From the sequence record OR532817.1: a stretch of DNA of 64,000 nt. One strand, given 5' to 3'. A model generated the notes under the pieces. That model was not told where the DNA came from, searched no databases, and saw nothing but the letters and a program-made list of their open reading frames with translations. Positions 1-9,258 of the stretch are shown here, in pieces (within the stretch, counting starts at the first letter, position 1; the number at the start of each line of letters is the position of its first letter). Both the position numbers and the translations under genes were made by a program.

Positions 1-8
1 TTACACCA

Positions 9-662
9 GTGATGGCGGAATATGCTGTTGCTCATGCCACCTGTGGTGAACAAGTTGGATCAGCAAATTTATTAGCTGATGTATTCAGTACTGTACAAAG
101 TACCCAATACAGTGTTAAAATGTATAGGGATAAGTTTGTACAGTTGTATATGCTTGATGTAATAAAAGAAGAACCAGAATGGACTGATTTTATTATTGAA
201 CGTAGGATTAGTGGTGTTTCTAATCCAGATAAAGATGCAGTACAAGTATTTGATGAAATACTTCAAGATGTATATAGTAATGAACAAAAAAGTCTAAATC
301 AATACAATGTACGTTCTACCAAGACAGTGCTCGTGGGATTTGATGAAGATGAAGAATATTACTATTTTCGTTGTACTGAAGTAGATTTTAAATACGAAAC
401 TCCCAGTACAGTTAAAGTTAAAGAATTTACTGAAAAGAGTAAAAACTTCAAAAAACATTCTTCTAATATTAGTAATATAGTTGGTTATAATAAAGATGGT
501 ATTGACATATATCAATGGGTACACCCAAATAACTCAACTTATACCAGATGTTTAAAGAAACGTTATAATTTAAAACAAGAAGAATCATTTTATTTTAAGA
601 TAAAGAAGCATTCCTATCAACGACCTGATGAATCAGTGTTACTTGGTATGATTTACTTCTGA
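9..662 (+). CDS. hypothetical protein, probably 5'-truncated by the window edge
   Basis: 217-aa ORF whose frame is open to the window start; no motif recognised. Confidence 0.7.
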   Translation: MMAEYAVAHATCGEQVGSANLLADVFSTVQSTQYSVKMYRDKFVQLYMLDVIKEEPEWTDFIIERRISGVSNPDKDAVQVFDEILQDVYSNEQKSLNQYNVRSTKTVLVGFDEDEEYYYFRCTEVDFKYETPSTVKVKEFTEKSKNFKKHSSNISNIVGYNKDGIDIYQWVHPNNSTYTRCLKKRYNLKQEESFYFKIKKHSYQRPDESVLLGMIYF

Positions 663-670
663 TTTTAGTC

Positions 671-695
671 GTCCAGTACAATATAAGTACTGGAC
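671..695 (+). terminator. intrinsic terminator-like hairpin
   Basis: GTCCAGTAC-aatataa-GTACTGGAC followed by a T-run, just after a stop codon. Confidence 0.7.
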
Positions 696-715
696 ATTTT
701 TTTAAGGTAAAAAAA

Positions 716-994
716 ATGAATATATTACAAAAAGTTAATCTATTTGGAAAAGCGTATACAAATGCTTTTTATGGTATTGATAAACGTTATGAATATGCTA
801 ATTTTTTAAATAGAGAAATTGAATTTAGTGGAATGAATAGGTTATTGTCTGGTAAACGTGTAACTATTGTTTTTAATGGTTATCAGGGATATATTAATCA
901 AATTCGTCATCTAGATGAGAAAATTTTTGCATACGTTTATACTAATAATGGAAATTTATTGATTAATTTATCTTTTTTGGAATTGATTGAATGA
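716..994 (+). CDS. small hypothetical protein (early array)
   Basis: 92 aa, AAGG RBS, stop overlaps the next start (ATGA). Confidence 0.8.
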   Translation: MNILQKVNLFGKAYTNAFYGIDKRYEYANFLNREIEFSGMNRLLSGKRVTIVFNGYQGYINQIRHLDEKIFAYVYTNNGNLLINLSFLELIE

Positions 995-1275
995 AATTAA
1001 TAGACCAAGTTATTCTTTATAAGAAAGTATTTGATTATATGGAAGATTTTCTTGATGGTACACATTATGAATGTTGCATTTATGTTACATGGAAAAAGAA
1101 TGTAATGGAAATAGAAAAAGCTACCATTTCTAAAATAGTGCGTATAAAAAGCCTTGATACTATTGGTACTATTATTGAACTTAATATAGGAAGATATTTT
1201 GCATTTTTTGGTGTAAAAGTACCTGAAAACGATTTTGCTCTTATAATTTCATTAGATGATATTGAGTTTCTTTGA
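991..1275 (+). CDS. small hypothetical protein (early array)
   Basis: 94 aa, ATGA coupling. Confidence 0.8.
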   Translation: MKLIDQVILYKKVFDYMEDFLDGTHYECCIYVTWKKNVMEIEKATISKIVRIKSLDTIGTIIELNIGRYFAFFGVKVPENDFALIISLDDIEFL

Positions 1276-1304
1276 GTTTTATCTATTTGGTAATATAAAA
1301 TATT

Positions 1305-1616
1305 ATGGATAAATTACACAAAGCAGTATTATTTTTAAAAGCATATAGCTATGAGTACTTACAAAGTCATGGAAAATGGAATGGTAGTTATAAGGATTTA
1401 TATTCATCTGTTTTTCTTAATGAAGTAAATCTTGTGATATCAGAAGTACAAAAATTATATGAAAGAAAACTTGTGCATACGAGATTTGGTATTGGAATTA
1501 TTATTAGTATATTTTGCTTCACATACGGTTCCTTTTTAGTCGCAATAGAAACAATAGTAGAAGGCAAACCACAAACAATAGTATTAAAATTAAGTGAGAT
1601 ATATCTGGATGAATGA
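1305..1616 (+). CDS. small hypothetical protein (early array)
   Basis: 103-aa ORF in a co-directional array. Confidence 0.8.
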   Translation: MDKLHKAVLFLKAYSYEYLQSHGKWNGSYKDLYSSVFLNEVNLVISEVQKLYERKLVHTRFGIGIIISIFCFTYGSFLVAIETIVEGKPQTIVLKLSEIYLDE

Positions 1617-1881
1617 ACATTTTAATAGAATACAATTAATCACCCAACTTCTACAAATGGTTGATGACACATTTGATGAATTAAAAAATAATCTTATGAA
1701 TAAGAAAATCAAATGTAAGGTATATATGAATGATGGTGATTATTTCGATATGCGTGAAGTTGAAGTAACTGGAATTGTTACTAATATTACTTTGTATGAA
1801 TATGATCTAACTATTACAGTGAAAATCGACGAAGGTCGTGAATATTACGTTTGTAATCAACATATTGAGGTGGTTGAATGA
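1609..1881 (+). CDS. small hypothetical protein (early array)
   Basis: ATG at 1609 overlaps the previous stop and is preferred over the track start at 1594. Confidence 0.75.
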   Translation: MNEHFNRIQLITQLLQMVDDTFDELKNNLMNKKIKCKVYMNDGDYFDMREVEVTGIVTNITLYEYDLTITVKIDEGREYYVCNQHIEVVE

Positions 1882-3023
1882 GTTTAGTAGAAATCTATAA
1901 TGATTTAATGAATTTAGTACAAAATAATGAAGCATTTGAATATAAAGATCAGCGTTCAATTGGCGGTGGTTTGTATAGAATCTTTTCTTATCGAATGGCC
2001 TCATATACTGATTTCTGTGAACCTAATGCCAAAGAAACACGAGGATCAATGTGGGAAATCAATGAAGATGGCACTATGATTCGTTGTGCGGCACGTACTA
2101 TGAATAAATTTTTTAACGCATATGAAAACCCATTCACAATGTTTGATAAAAATATGCTTAGTACTGAAATTGAAGTGGCGATGGATAAACGAGACGGTTC
2201 TATTATCAGTACTTTCAGGGATAATGACGGAATTATTCGTTGTAAATCTCACACTTCTCTATCTTCAGAACACGCAATTAATAGTAATGCTATCATGCGT
2301 CCTGGTTCTAGTTTATATCAATACGTAGAAGAAGCTGAACTTCAACAATATACCGTGAACCTCGAATATACTTCACCTGAATATCGTATTGTATTGCCAT
2401 ATCAGAGCGAGAAACTGACTGTATTGAACGTTCGTCATCGAATCACTGGTGAACTACTGTGTGGTGAAAAACTGCGTCAGAAGTTTCCTATGCTCTCTAT
2501 GCGTAGCACTAATATTATAAATGGTCAGAACATTGCCAGTAATTTTCCAATGCGTACTACAGTACTTGAAACTGTGGAAGCAGTAAAAGGAATGCGAGAC
2601 ATTGAAGGATTTGTAGCAGTACTGAAAGATGGCACAATGTTTAAAATTAAAACAGATTGGTACTGTGCTTTGCATTTTAATAAGGATAGTATTAATGTTG
2701 ATTCTAGACTTTATGAATCAGTGCTACAAGGTGCAAGTGATGATTTAAGGCAAATGTTCTCTAATGATCAGTATTGTCTTGATAAGATTAAAAGGATGGA
2801 AGATTTAGTATTCAGTACTTATAATTCTTTTGAAAAATTTGTTAACGATTTTTACAATGAATTTAAACATTTAGAACGCAAAGAATATGCACTAAAAGTA
2901 CAGAAACTTCTACCAAAAGAATTAAATCATCAGGGTTATGCTTTCTCTTTGTATAACAATAAACCGTTTGATTTAAAGGAAAACATGATCAAATACAGCA
3001 AAGAAGTATTAAAAGATTTCTAA
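1878..3023 (+). CDS. rnlA: RNA ligase 1 (T4 Rnl1-like)
   Basis: motif I KRDGS, EYTSPEYRIV, IEGFV, FKIKTDWYCALH; 381 aa. Confidence 0.9.
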   Translation: MSLVEIYNDLMNLVQNNEAFEYKDQRSIGGGLYRIFSYRMASYTDFCEPNAKETRGSMWEINEDGTMIRCAARTMNKFFNAYENPFTMFDKNMLSTEIEVAMDKRDGSIISTFRDNDGIIRCKSHTSLSSEHAINSNAIMRPGSSLYQYVEEAELQQYTVNLEYTSPEYRIVLPYQSEKLTVLNVRHRITGELLCGEKLRQKFPMLSMRSTNIINGQNIASNFPMRTTVLETVEAVKGMRDIEGFVAVLKDGTMFKIKTDWYCALHFNKDSINVDSRLYESVLQGASDDLRQMFSNDQYCLDKIKRMEDLVFSTYNSFEKFVNDFYNEFKHLERKEYALKVQKLLPKELNHQGYAFSLYNNKPFDLKENMIKYSKEVLKDF

Positions 3024-3035
3024 TAAGGACACCAA

Positions 3036-3209
3036 ATGAAGAAAAGGAATTCGTGGAGTACTCCTGAAGAATATAGGAAGATTCAGTATTATTTTGATAC
3101 AATACACAAAGAAAAATCCAGTTCAGGAGTACGAAAAAACAGAAATAAAATTAATACTAAAAAGAAAGAACGTATATATTCTTTAGAACGTCATACAAGA
3201 GAAGCTTAA
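3036..3209 (+). CDS. small basic hypothetical protein (57 aa, not in ORF track)
   Basis: AAGGA RBS; MKKRNSWSTPEEYRK...HTREA. Confidence 0.65.
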   Translation: MKKRNSWSTPEEYRKIQYYFDTIHKEKSSSGVRKNRNKINTKKKERIYSLERHTREA

Positions 3210-3222
3210 ACGGGAGATTATT

Positions 3223-3435
3223 ATGAAAGTACAAATTCAGCACAGTATTGTTCAAGACATGTCAGTGGTTAAATTTAACAATCTTCATGATTTTTTTAGA
3301 TGTATTGACTTTCTCGATAATTCATGTTTAGAATATGATATGATAAAATACAGTTCAGTTCTTGATACTGCCAGTATCAGAGTGAATGAATTGGTACTAC
3401 ATAAATTTAGCAAACGTTTCGGGATTGGGAAATGA
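3223..3435 (+). CDS. hypothetical protein
   Basis: 70 aa, GGGAG RBS. Confidence 0.75.
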   Translation: MKVQIQHSIVQDMSVVKFNNLHDFFRCIDFLDNSCLEYDMIKYSSVLDTASIRVNELVLHKFSKRFGIGK

Positions 3436-3698
3436 TTATGTATGAAAAATTTATATCAACTAAAGAAATGCTTCAAAGGTTGATTGACGATAATGACAAA
3501 GAAATTATAAGGTATTACACTGGAAAAAAAGTAAAAATTTCTGCTGAACTCCTTGAGGAACTCGAATTGGAATCAGAGGATGATATTGTATGGACTATAT
3601 ATGCAGTCACTGTATTCGATGATTGCCTATTTTTTGATGTAGAACACGGTGATGATGATTTACAAGATTTAGAAATAGATGATCTTATATTTCTTTGA
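3432..3698 (+). CDS. acidic hypothetical protein
   Basis: 88 aa, ATGA coupling. Confidence 0.75.
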   Translation: MIMYEKFISTKEMLQRLIDDNDKEIIRYYTGKKVKISAELLEELELESEDDIVWTIYAVTVFDDCLFFDVEHGDDDLQDLEIDDLIFL

Positions 3699-3706
3699 GA
3701 ATAAAA

Positions 3707-3982
3707 ATGAATACAGAACAAGCTATTAGTACTATTGAAAATTTAAATAACACTTTGGCAATTCTTGAAAAAATTAAGTTAGATGTTGAATATCAAGTAC
3801 AAAGTTTATTTTTGAATAAGAAAGCATTATTCAAGGATGGCACAGAAGGATATATTGTCGAGTTGTTTTCTGAAAATGTAAACCTACCTTATGATTTTCA
3901 ATTTCTTGTTCGTTCAGAAGGTGGATACTTAGATTATATATATGAGGTAAAAGATTTTGTGCAATTCATCGAAAATAATTAA
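3707..3982 (+). CDS. small hypothetical protein (early array)
   Basis: ATG at 3707 preferred over 3695. Confidence 0.75.
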   Translation: MNTEQAISTIENLNNTLAILEKIKLDVEYQVQSLFLNKKALFKDGTEGYIVELFSENVNLPYDFQFLVRSEGGYLDYIYEVKDFVQFIENN

Positions 3983-4199
3983 GCAGTACGAACAATACGT
4001 AACTATGCTTGAAACCATGAATGCGGAATTAGAAGTTTCTGCATTTAATTCTGTACATAGATACTTTATAAATCGTCCAGTGTTATATAAAAACAATGAA
4101 TATAAAATTCAAAATGTATTCAGAGATGAAGAAAGTACCATAATTTTCCTACTGTATAATAATATATATGTGGATTATACTGAAGTAACGTTTATTTAA
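3957..4199 (+). CDS. small hypothetical protein (early array)
   Basis: 80-aa ORF; exact start uncertain. Confidence 0.65.
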   Translation: MCNSSKIIKQYEQYVTMLETMNAELEVSAFNSVHRYFINRPVLYKNNEYKIQNVFRDEESTIIFLLYNNIYVDYTEVTFI

Positions 4200-4210
4200 A
4201 GGACATAATA

Positions 4211-5155
4211 ATGCCAACAATCACATTAACAGTTGGACTTCCCGGATGTGGCAAGACTACATGGGCTGTTGAAGAAGTTCGAAGATCTAAAAGTAAAACA
4301 GTAAACATCAACCGTGATGATATGCGAGAAAGCATGGCTGGTTCTCATGAGAATTATAAGTTCAAAGATGATAATGAGAAGTACATAGACGCTATGCAAA
4401 TTGCAGCAGCAGATACAGCAGCAAAGAATAAGTGGAATATTATTATTTCAGATACCAACCTAAAGTTATCTATCCGAAAGAAATGGAAAGATTGGGCTAA
4501 AGCCAATGGCTATGATTACAAAGAAAAGAATTTCTTTGATGACTTTGTAGCAAAAAGTACTTCAGGTGCAGATGTTCATCAGTACTTTAAAATTAAAGAA
4601 TTTGTTAAACAATGCAAATACTATAATTTACTTCGATATAAATCAGTACCGGAATCGGTAATTGATACAATGGCAGATTCTTATTTGTATAGTACTATGC
4701 CAGTTCCTTCTATTCAGAAAGATTCGATGTACGATTTTAGTACTGAATATATCATTGTTGATATTGATGGTACTTTAGCACATAGGGGAAATCGCAACCC
4801 ATATGATGAAAGTACTGTACTGGAAGATACACCAGATCTTGAAGTTATTCGTTCAGTACTTGCTGAAGTGAACCATCATAAACGAAAGGTTATTATCATG
4901 AGTGGTCGTCATGAAACTTGTGCAAAAGACACTCGTTTGTGGCTTCATGAAAATGGAGTTCCATTTGAATATCTTTTTATGCGTTCAGAAAATGACAATC
5001 GTCCTGATGATGTTGTAAAATATGAATTGTACATGAAACATGTTGCACCGTATTACAATGTTGTTAAAGTTTATGACGACCGCCAACAAGTGTGCACGAT
5101 GTGGCGTAAATTATTGAAATTGAAAGTTTTTCAAGTTGATGTTGGAAATTTTTGA
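4211..5155 (+). CDS. pseT: polynucleotide 5'-kinase / 3'-phosphatase (T4 PseT-like)
   Basis: N-terminal P-loop GLPGCGKT plus RDDMR; C-terminal HAD DIDGT, SGR, DDRQQV. Confidence 0.93.
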   Translation: MPTITLTVGLPGCGKTTWAVEEVRRSKSKTVNINRDDMRESMAGSHENYKFKDDNEKYIDAMQIAAADTAAKNKWNIIISDTNLKLSIRKKWKDWAKANGYDYKEKNFFDDFVAKSTSGADVHQYFKIKEFVKQCKYYNLLRYKSVPESVIDTMADSYLYSTMPVPSIQKDSMYDFSTEYIIVDIDGTLAHRGNRNPYDESTVLEDTPDLEVIRSVLAEVNHHKRKVIIMSGRHETCAKDTRLWLHENGVPFEYLFMRSENDNRPDDVVKYELYMKHVAPYYNVVKVYDDRQQVCTMWRKLLKLKVFQVDVGNF

Positions 5156-5163
5156 TGATTATT

Positions 5164-5187
5164 GAAGGGGAACACTTGATCCCCTTC
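5164..5187 (+). terminator. terminator-like hairpin
   Basis: GAAGGGGA...TCCCCTTC followed by a pyrimidine/T tract. Confidence 0.55.
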
Positions 5188-5255
5188 TCTTCTTTTGATA
5201 AAATAGAACTACAAATAGAAAAAATAATCAAGACTCAGTACTTGGGATAAGAAAA

Positions 5256-5522
5256 ATGAAACAATTTTATGAGCACTGGAAAATGTTATTTAATAGTACA
5301 GAGTTGTTGTACTGGAATAGATATTATTCCGGTTGTATCAATGAATTGTATAATCATTTTTTATATGAAGCTACTTCATCATTAAAAGGACAAACAGTTC
5401 AACACAACGTACTCGGTGAATGTAGAATTACAAGAGTTTATTCTTTTTATGATGATGAATTATTTTGTACAATATATTCGAATTTATACAGAATGGATGT
5501 AAAATTGCGAGATTTAATTTAA
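5256..5522 (+). CDS. small hypothetical protein (early array)
   Basis: 88-aa ORF. Confidence 0.8.
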   Translation: MKQFYEHWKMLFNSTELLYWNRYYSGCINELYNHFLYEATSSLKGQTVQHNVLGECRITRVYSFYDDELFCTIYSNLYRMDVKLRDLI

Positions 5523-5824
5523 TGAATTTATCAGAATGTGTAAAATTGACTAAATTTTTAGATTCAGTGAATGATCGTATGTTTGAGGAATTTTGTGATA
5601 ATTCTGAATATTTAAATATAGTAATGGGTATTTTTCATAAACATCTAAATTTGTATATTGATGAACTGAATAAAAAACTAAAAAACAGAGAACTTTTCGT
5701 GTATGGTTTAGGTTACTGTGTAATTTATGATGTTTATCGTTCGATACGCGGTGAATTAAAATGTACAGTAACATTTGAAAATGATTATCATAATGTCTAT
5801 ATGAAATACTCAAAACTCGTATGA
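5522..5824 (+). CDS. small hypothetical protein (early array)
   Basis: ATG overlaps the previous TAA and is preferred over 5465. Confidence 0.75.
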   Translation: MNLSECVKLTKFLDSVNDRMFEEFCDNSEYLNIVMGIFHKHLNLYIDELNKKLKNRELFVYGLGYCVIYDVYRSIRGELKCTVTFENDYHNVYMKYSKLV

Positions 5825-6114
5825 ATAAAATAAAATCACTTGATATTGCTTATACCCTATTTTATATCAAAGATCATACAGATGACTCTTTTTACAAAGT
5901 TATAGTTGATTATACAGAGAATTTAATACAAGAACTTAACACAATACTTATAGGTAGTAGTTGTATTGTTAAACCATCTGGTGTTGAATTCAAAGCTACA
6001 ATTGATTCAATATTGTTTAGTTCTATTTCTGGTTTAGTATATAAAGTAACTGAAAATACTAAATCATTTTATAGTTATCGTTATGTTAATCCATTAAAAA
6101 TTGAGTTCTTATGA
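5821..6114 (+). CDS. small hypothetical protein (early array)
   Basis: 97 aa, ATGA coupling. Confidence 0.8.
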   Translation: MNKIKSLDIAYTLFYIKDHTDDSFYKVIVDYTENLIQELNTILIGSSCIVKPSGVEFKATIDSILFSSISGLVYKVTENTKSFYSYRYVNPLKIEFL

Positions 6115-6386
6115 AATCACTCAAAGAAGATATTAATTTTAAATTGTTATCAGTACTGAAAGAACATACTTTTAGTAACCCACTTTGTCAAGATTTACTT
6201 AATTCAATATATTATAATAAAATTACCAAATATGTTGATAATAAATGTTATTTTATTCATGACGAAGAAAAATTATACTCAACCATAAATGGGTTTTATG
6301 TATCAAAAAACGGTGATGTTTTATGTTATTTGTATCATAATAAAACATACAATTTTATAGAATTAAAGGATGTATATATTGAATAG
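6111..6386 (+). CDS. small hypothetical protein (early array)
   Basis: 91 aa, ATGA coupling. Confidence 0.8.
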   Translation: MKSLKEDINFKLLSVLKEHTFSNPLCQDLLNSIYYNKITKYVDNKCYFIHDEEKLYSTINGFYVSKNGDVLCYLYHNKTYNFIELKDVYIE

Positions 6387-6527
6387 TATTCAGGATGATA
6401 TAGAAAGGAGAATATACTTCATTGTAGTGTGTTATAAAAGAAAATACACCACACAGTACTATAATTTCTGGAATGCAAGATTAAATTTAGAAATTAAAAA
6501 CATATTATACTATCAGAGGATATTGTG

Positions 6528-6668
6528 ATGGATTCTTATTTAGATGAATTGATTGCTGATTTACTAGTTTCTTCAGTACTATCACGACGCGGCGAACAAA
6601 AAGAACGCAAATATAATAAAGAAAAATTTGATGATTATTTGCGTGATTTTCTGGAAAGATTCAAATGA
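6528..6668 (+). CDS. small hypothetical protein (46 aa, not in track)
   Basis: GAGGA RBS; MDSYLDELIADLL...ERFK; stop overlaps the next start. Confidence 0.6.
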   Translation: MDSYLDELIADLLVSSVLSRRGEQKERKYNKEKFDDYLRDFLERFK

Positions 6669-6850
6669 ATCAACAACAAGATTACAAATATCATAAGCTG
6701 CTTGATGAATTCACAGAAAATATAAAAATGTATGGGGTGTTAAAACAGATAGCAACAAAACATAAAACAGGAGACTATTTCAATAAAAGATGCAATTTAA
6801 TTATAAAGAGATTTGTTACAGAAAGTAATTTTATTATTAAAGGAAAATAA
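6665..6850 (+). CDS. hypothetical protein
   Basis: 61 aa, ATGA coupling. Confidence 0.7.
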   Translation: MNQQQDYKYHKLLDEFTENIKMYGVLKQIATKHKTGDYFNKRCNLIIKRFVTESNFIIKGK

Positions 6851-6853
6851 TTT

Positions 6854-7003
6854 ATGGATATTGATGATACGTATTTATATAATCTTGAATTAGTGAGAGT
6901 TGGTGTATTATTGACCACTTATTATACTAACTACAAATGTATTAATTCTGTTATAAATTCTATACTTGATTCATGGGTATATTATAGTTCCAGATTACTA
7001 TAA
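6854..7003 (+). CDS. small hypothetical protein (49 aa, not in track)
   Basis: AAGGA upstream; fills a gap in the array. Confidence 0.45.
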   Translation: MDIDDTYLYNLELVRVGVLLTTYYTNYKCINSVINSILDSWVYYSSRLL

Positions 7004-7057
7004 TGATTAATTTAAATTTAAGTTACAAAACACATAACTTCGAAAGTATAAAATTTG

Positions 7058-7357
7058 ATGAATAAAATAAATGACGCATATCATACTTGGGAAATGCTTT
7101 TTGACTTAACTGATGATTTTTATCCAAGTAACTATTCAAATGTTTATTATGAAGTATATAAAAATTATTATTCAGAACTTAATAATTATGTCAAAGGAAC
7201 TAAAGTTGAACTTATATTATTATATTCAGTGAGTCCTTCAAAACTAGGAACTGTTAATTCAATAAATGTGACACCATTTGGATTACACTTTGAAATAGAA
7301 CTGTGTCATAATTCAGTAATCGTTTTCCGTGAATATTGTGAAATAAAAGAATGTTAA
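7058..7357 (+). CDS. small hypothetical protein (early array)
   Basis: ORF of about 99 aa. Confidence 0.75.
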   Translation: MNKINDAYHTWEMLFDLTDDFYPSNYSNVYYEVYKNYYSELNNYVKGTKVELILLYSVSPSKLGTVNSINVTPFGLHFEIELCHNSVIVFREYCEIKEC

Positions 7358-7371
7358 TATGTGGGGTTATC

Positions 7372-7632
7372 ATGAATTTAAAAACTGATATAGAATATTT
7401 CAATTTACTTATGTCATTAGTAAATGAACAATTGGAGCACATGAATAATACTTATAAAAATACCAATGTATTAATAGATTCACATAAAAAGAATTTATAT
7501 GATGAAGAGGGAAATATTTTATTATTTGATATTTCGGATAAAGACTCTACATTAATGATAAGTGTTCAGTACAGTAACGGTTGGTTTGGTCGTTTAAACT
7601 CAAAATATCATGATTTTGTGATCAAAAAATAA
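7372..7632 (+). CDS. small hypothetical protein (early array)
   Basis: ATG at 7372 with GGGG RBS, preferred over 7351. Confidence 0.7.
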   Translation: MNLKTDIEYFNLLMSLVNEQLEHMNNTYKNTNVLIDSHKKNLYDEEGNILLFDISDKDSTLMISVQYSNGWFGRLNSKYHDFVIKK

Positions 7633-7641
7633 CAAAAAATA

Positions 7642-7670
7642 TTGCAATAGCTTTTATTGTGTTGTATAGT
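7642..7670 (+). promoter_or_regulatory. sigma70-like promoter
   Basis: TTGCAA-17-TATAGT. Confidence 0.65.
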
Positions 7671-7707
7671 CTGTGTATCAGTCTCACTGATGGATGTAAA
7701 ATAAAAA

Positions 7708-7736
7708 TTGAATATTTTTCGTATCAATGATATAGT
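7708..7736 (+). promoter_or_regulatory. second, tandem sigma70-like promoter
   Basis: TTGAAT-17-TATAGT. Confidence 0.6.
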
Positions 7737-7765
7737 GTTATAAACATATAAAAGAGGAAATAAAA

Positions 7766-8437
7766 ATGATCGCTATCTGGTTTATTATGGTTATTCTTGT
7801 CGGTGTTTGGGCTAATGCATGGGGTCGTAGTGGTATTTTATTCGGTCTGTTGTCACTAATTTTGTCACCACTGATTGGTGCAATTGTGCTTCTTTGTGCT
7901 GGTAAAAAAGTTGTTGCAACACAACCACAAAATATGCAACCAATTCAGAACATCGTAATTCATACCAACGGTACTACTCCATCAGAAGTACAAGTAACAA
8001 CTGATACTACTGTACTGGAAAAAGAAGACGAATCTGATAAAAAAAAAGATCAAAGTCTTGAACCCGTAGAAGCAACCGAAGTATCTGAAATAGTAAATGA
8101 GGTTGTTGAATCTTCTCCAAAAGAAGATAATACGAATCCAGTACCAGTTACTAAACAAAAGAGAGCACAACAAGCGAAAAAAGCACGTACTGTTAAAAAG
8201 AAATCAAGTACTGTTGGTGCAACTAAACAAACAAAAACAACTAAAACTGTTGTTGATGATTCCAGTACTAAAAATACATCAAACAACAATGATAGTATTA
8301 ATAGTACTTCAATCGTGCCTGGTGTAGCCGCTGCTGTTATTACAACCCAAATCCTAACGGAGAGTAGTTCAGTGGATAGTAGCTCTTCATACGATTCTGG
8401 AAGTTGTGACAGTTCTTCAAGTTCTTCATGTGATTAA
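7766..8437 (+). CDS. membrane protein with a low-complexity tail
   Basis: two N-terminal hydrophobic helices, charged and Thr-rich linker, Ser/Asp/Cys tail SSSYDSGSCDSSSSSSCD; AAGAGG RBS. Confidence 0.85.
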   Translation: MIAIWFIMVILVGVWANAWGRSGILFGLLSLILSPLIGAIVLLCAGKKVVATQPQNMQPIQNIVIHTNGTTPSEVQVTTDTTVLEKEDESDKKKDQSLEPVEATEVSEIVNEVVESSPKEDNTNPVPVTKQKRAQQAKKARTVKKKSSTVGATKQTKTTKTVVDDSSTKNTSNNNDSINSTSIVPGVAAAVITTQILTESSSVDSSSSYDSGSCDSSSSSSCD

Positions 8438-8442
8438 TAAAC

Positions 8443-8470
8443 AAAAGAAGCCCAAATAAGGGCTTCTTTT
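8443..8470. terminator. intrinsic terminator
   Basis: AAAAGAAGCCC-aaataa-GGGCTTCTTTT. Confidence 0.9.
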
Positions 8471-8499
8471 TATTTAAGTAAAATATATTAAGGATTAAT

Positions 8500-9246
8500 A
8501 TGAGACATTATTTACAAGTAACCGTACCGGATGAGAAGGAATTATATATTGTTGGTGATATACATGGCAATGCAAGACTGTGGGATTTAACTAAAAAAGA
8601 ATTTGGAATCACTGATAATGATGTAGTATTCAGTCTAGGCGATATTGTGGATCGTGGTAAAAATAATTCCAAATTACTATTTGAATTTCTTTTTCAAGAC
8701 AATCGTTATATGATTAACGGAAATCACGAATCCATGCTCGTTGATGGATTGACTAATCGTGAATGGTATCATTGTCATATGAGTAATGGTGGAGACAAAC
8801 TATACGAAGAACTTGGTCATACTGGTGTAGAATTCTTTGCTCAGTACTTAAAAGATTTACCCATGATCATAGAAATACATTATCGTGGTATGAAAATTGG
8901 ATTAGTACACGGTTGCTGTCCTTTACGTTATACAGACTGGAACGAATTTTTAACTGATAGTTCAACGTTATCTCCAAAAATTGTTGAAGAATGTATTTGG
9001 TCCAGAAATGATTTTGACTATGCAAAACAAAACAACACTTATCATTCACCAAGAATTTCCAATATTGATTATGTTATTTCAGGACATTCCCCTGTATTTG
9101 ATCCACTAATTTATGGAAACCGATGGTGGATTGATTCACAATTTAGTACTGGAGATTTGACTGTAGTACAACCAAACAGTGGAAAACTGAGATATTTTAG
9201 AAGAGAAAAGGATGCATATTCTTTTGATCGTAAACGTGGTTATTAA
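8500..9246 (+). CDS. Ser/Thr protein phosphatase (calcineurin-like metallophosphoesterase)
   Basis: GDIHG, GDIVDRG, GNHES, LVHG and SGHS motifs. Confidence 0.92.
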   Translation: MRHYLQVTVPDEKELYIVGDIHGNARLWDLTKKEFGITDNDVVFSLGDIVDRGKNNSKLLFEFLFQDNRYMINGNHESMLVDGLTNREWYHCHMSNGGDKLYEELGHTGVEFFAQYLKDLPMIIEIHYRGMKIGLVHGCCPLRYTDWNEFLTDSSTLSPKIVEECIWSRNDFDYAKQNNTYHSPRISNIDYVISGHSPVFDPLIYGNRWWIDSQFSTGDLTVVQPNSGKLRYFRREKDAYSFDRKRGY

Positions 9247-9258
9247 TAAGGATAAAAT

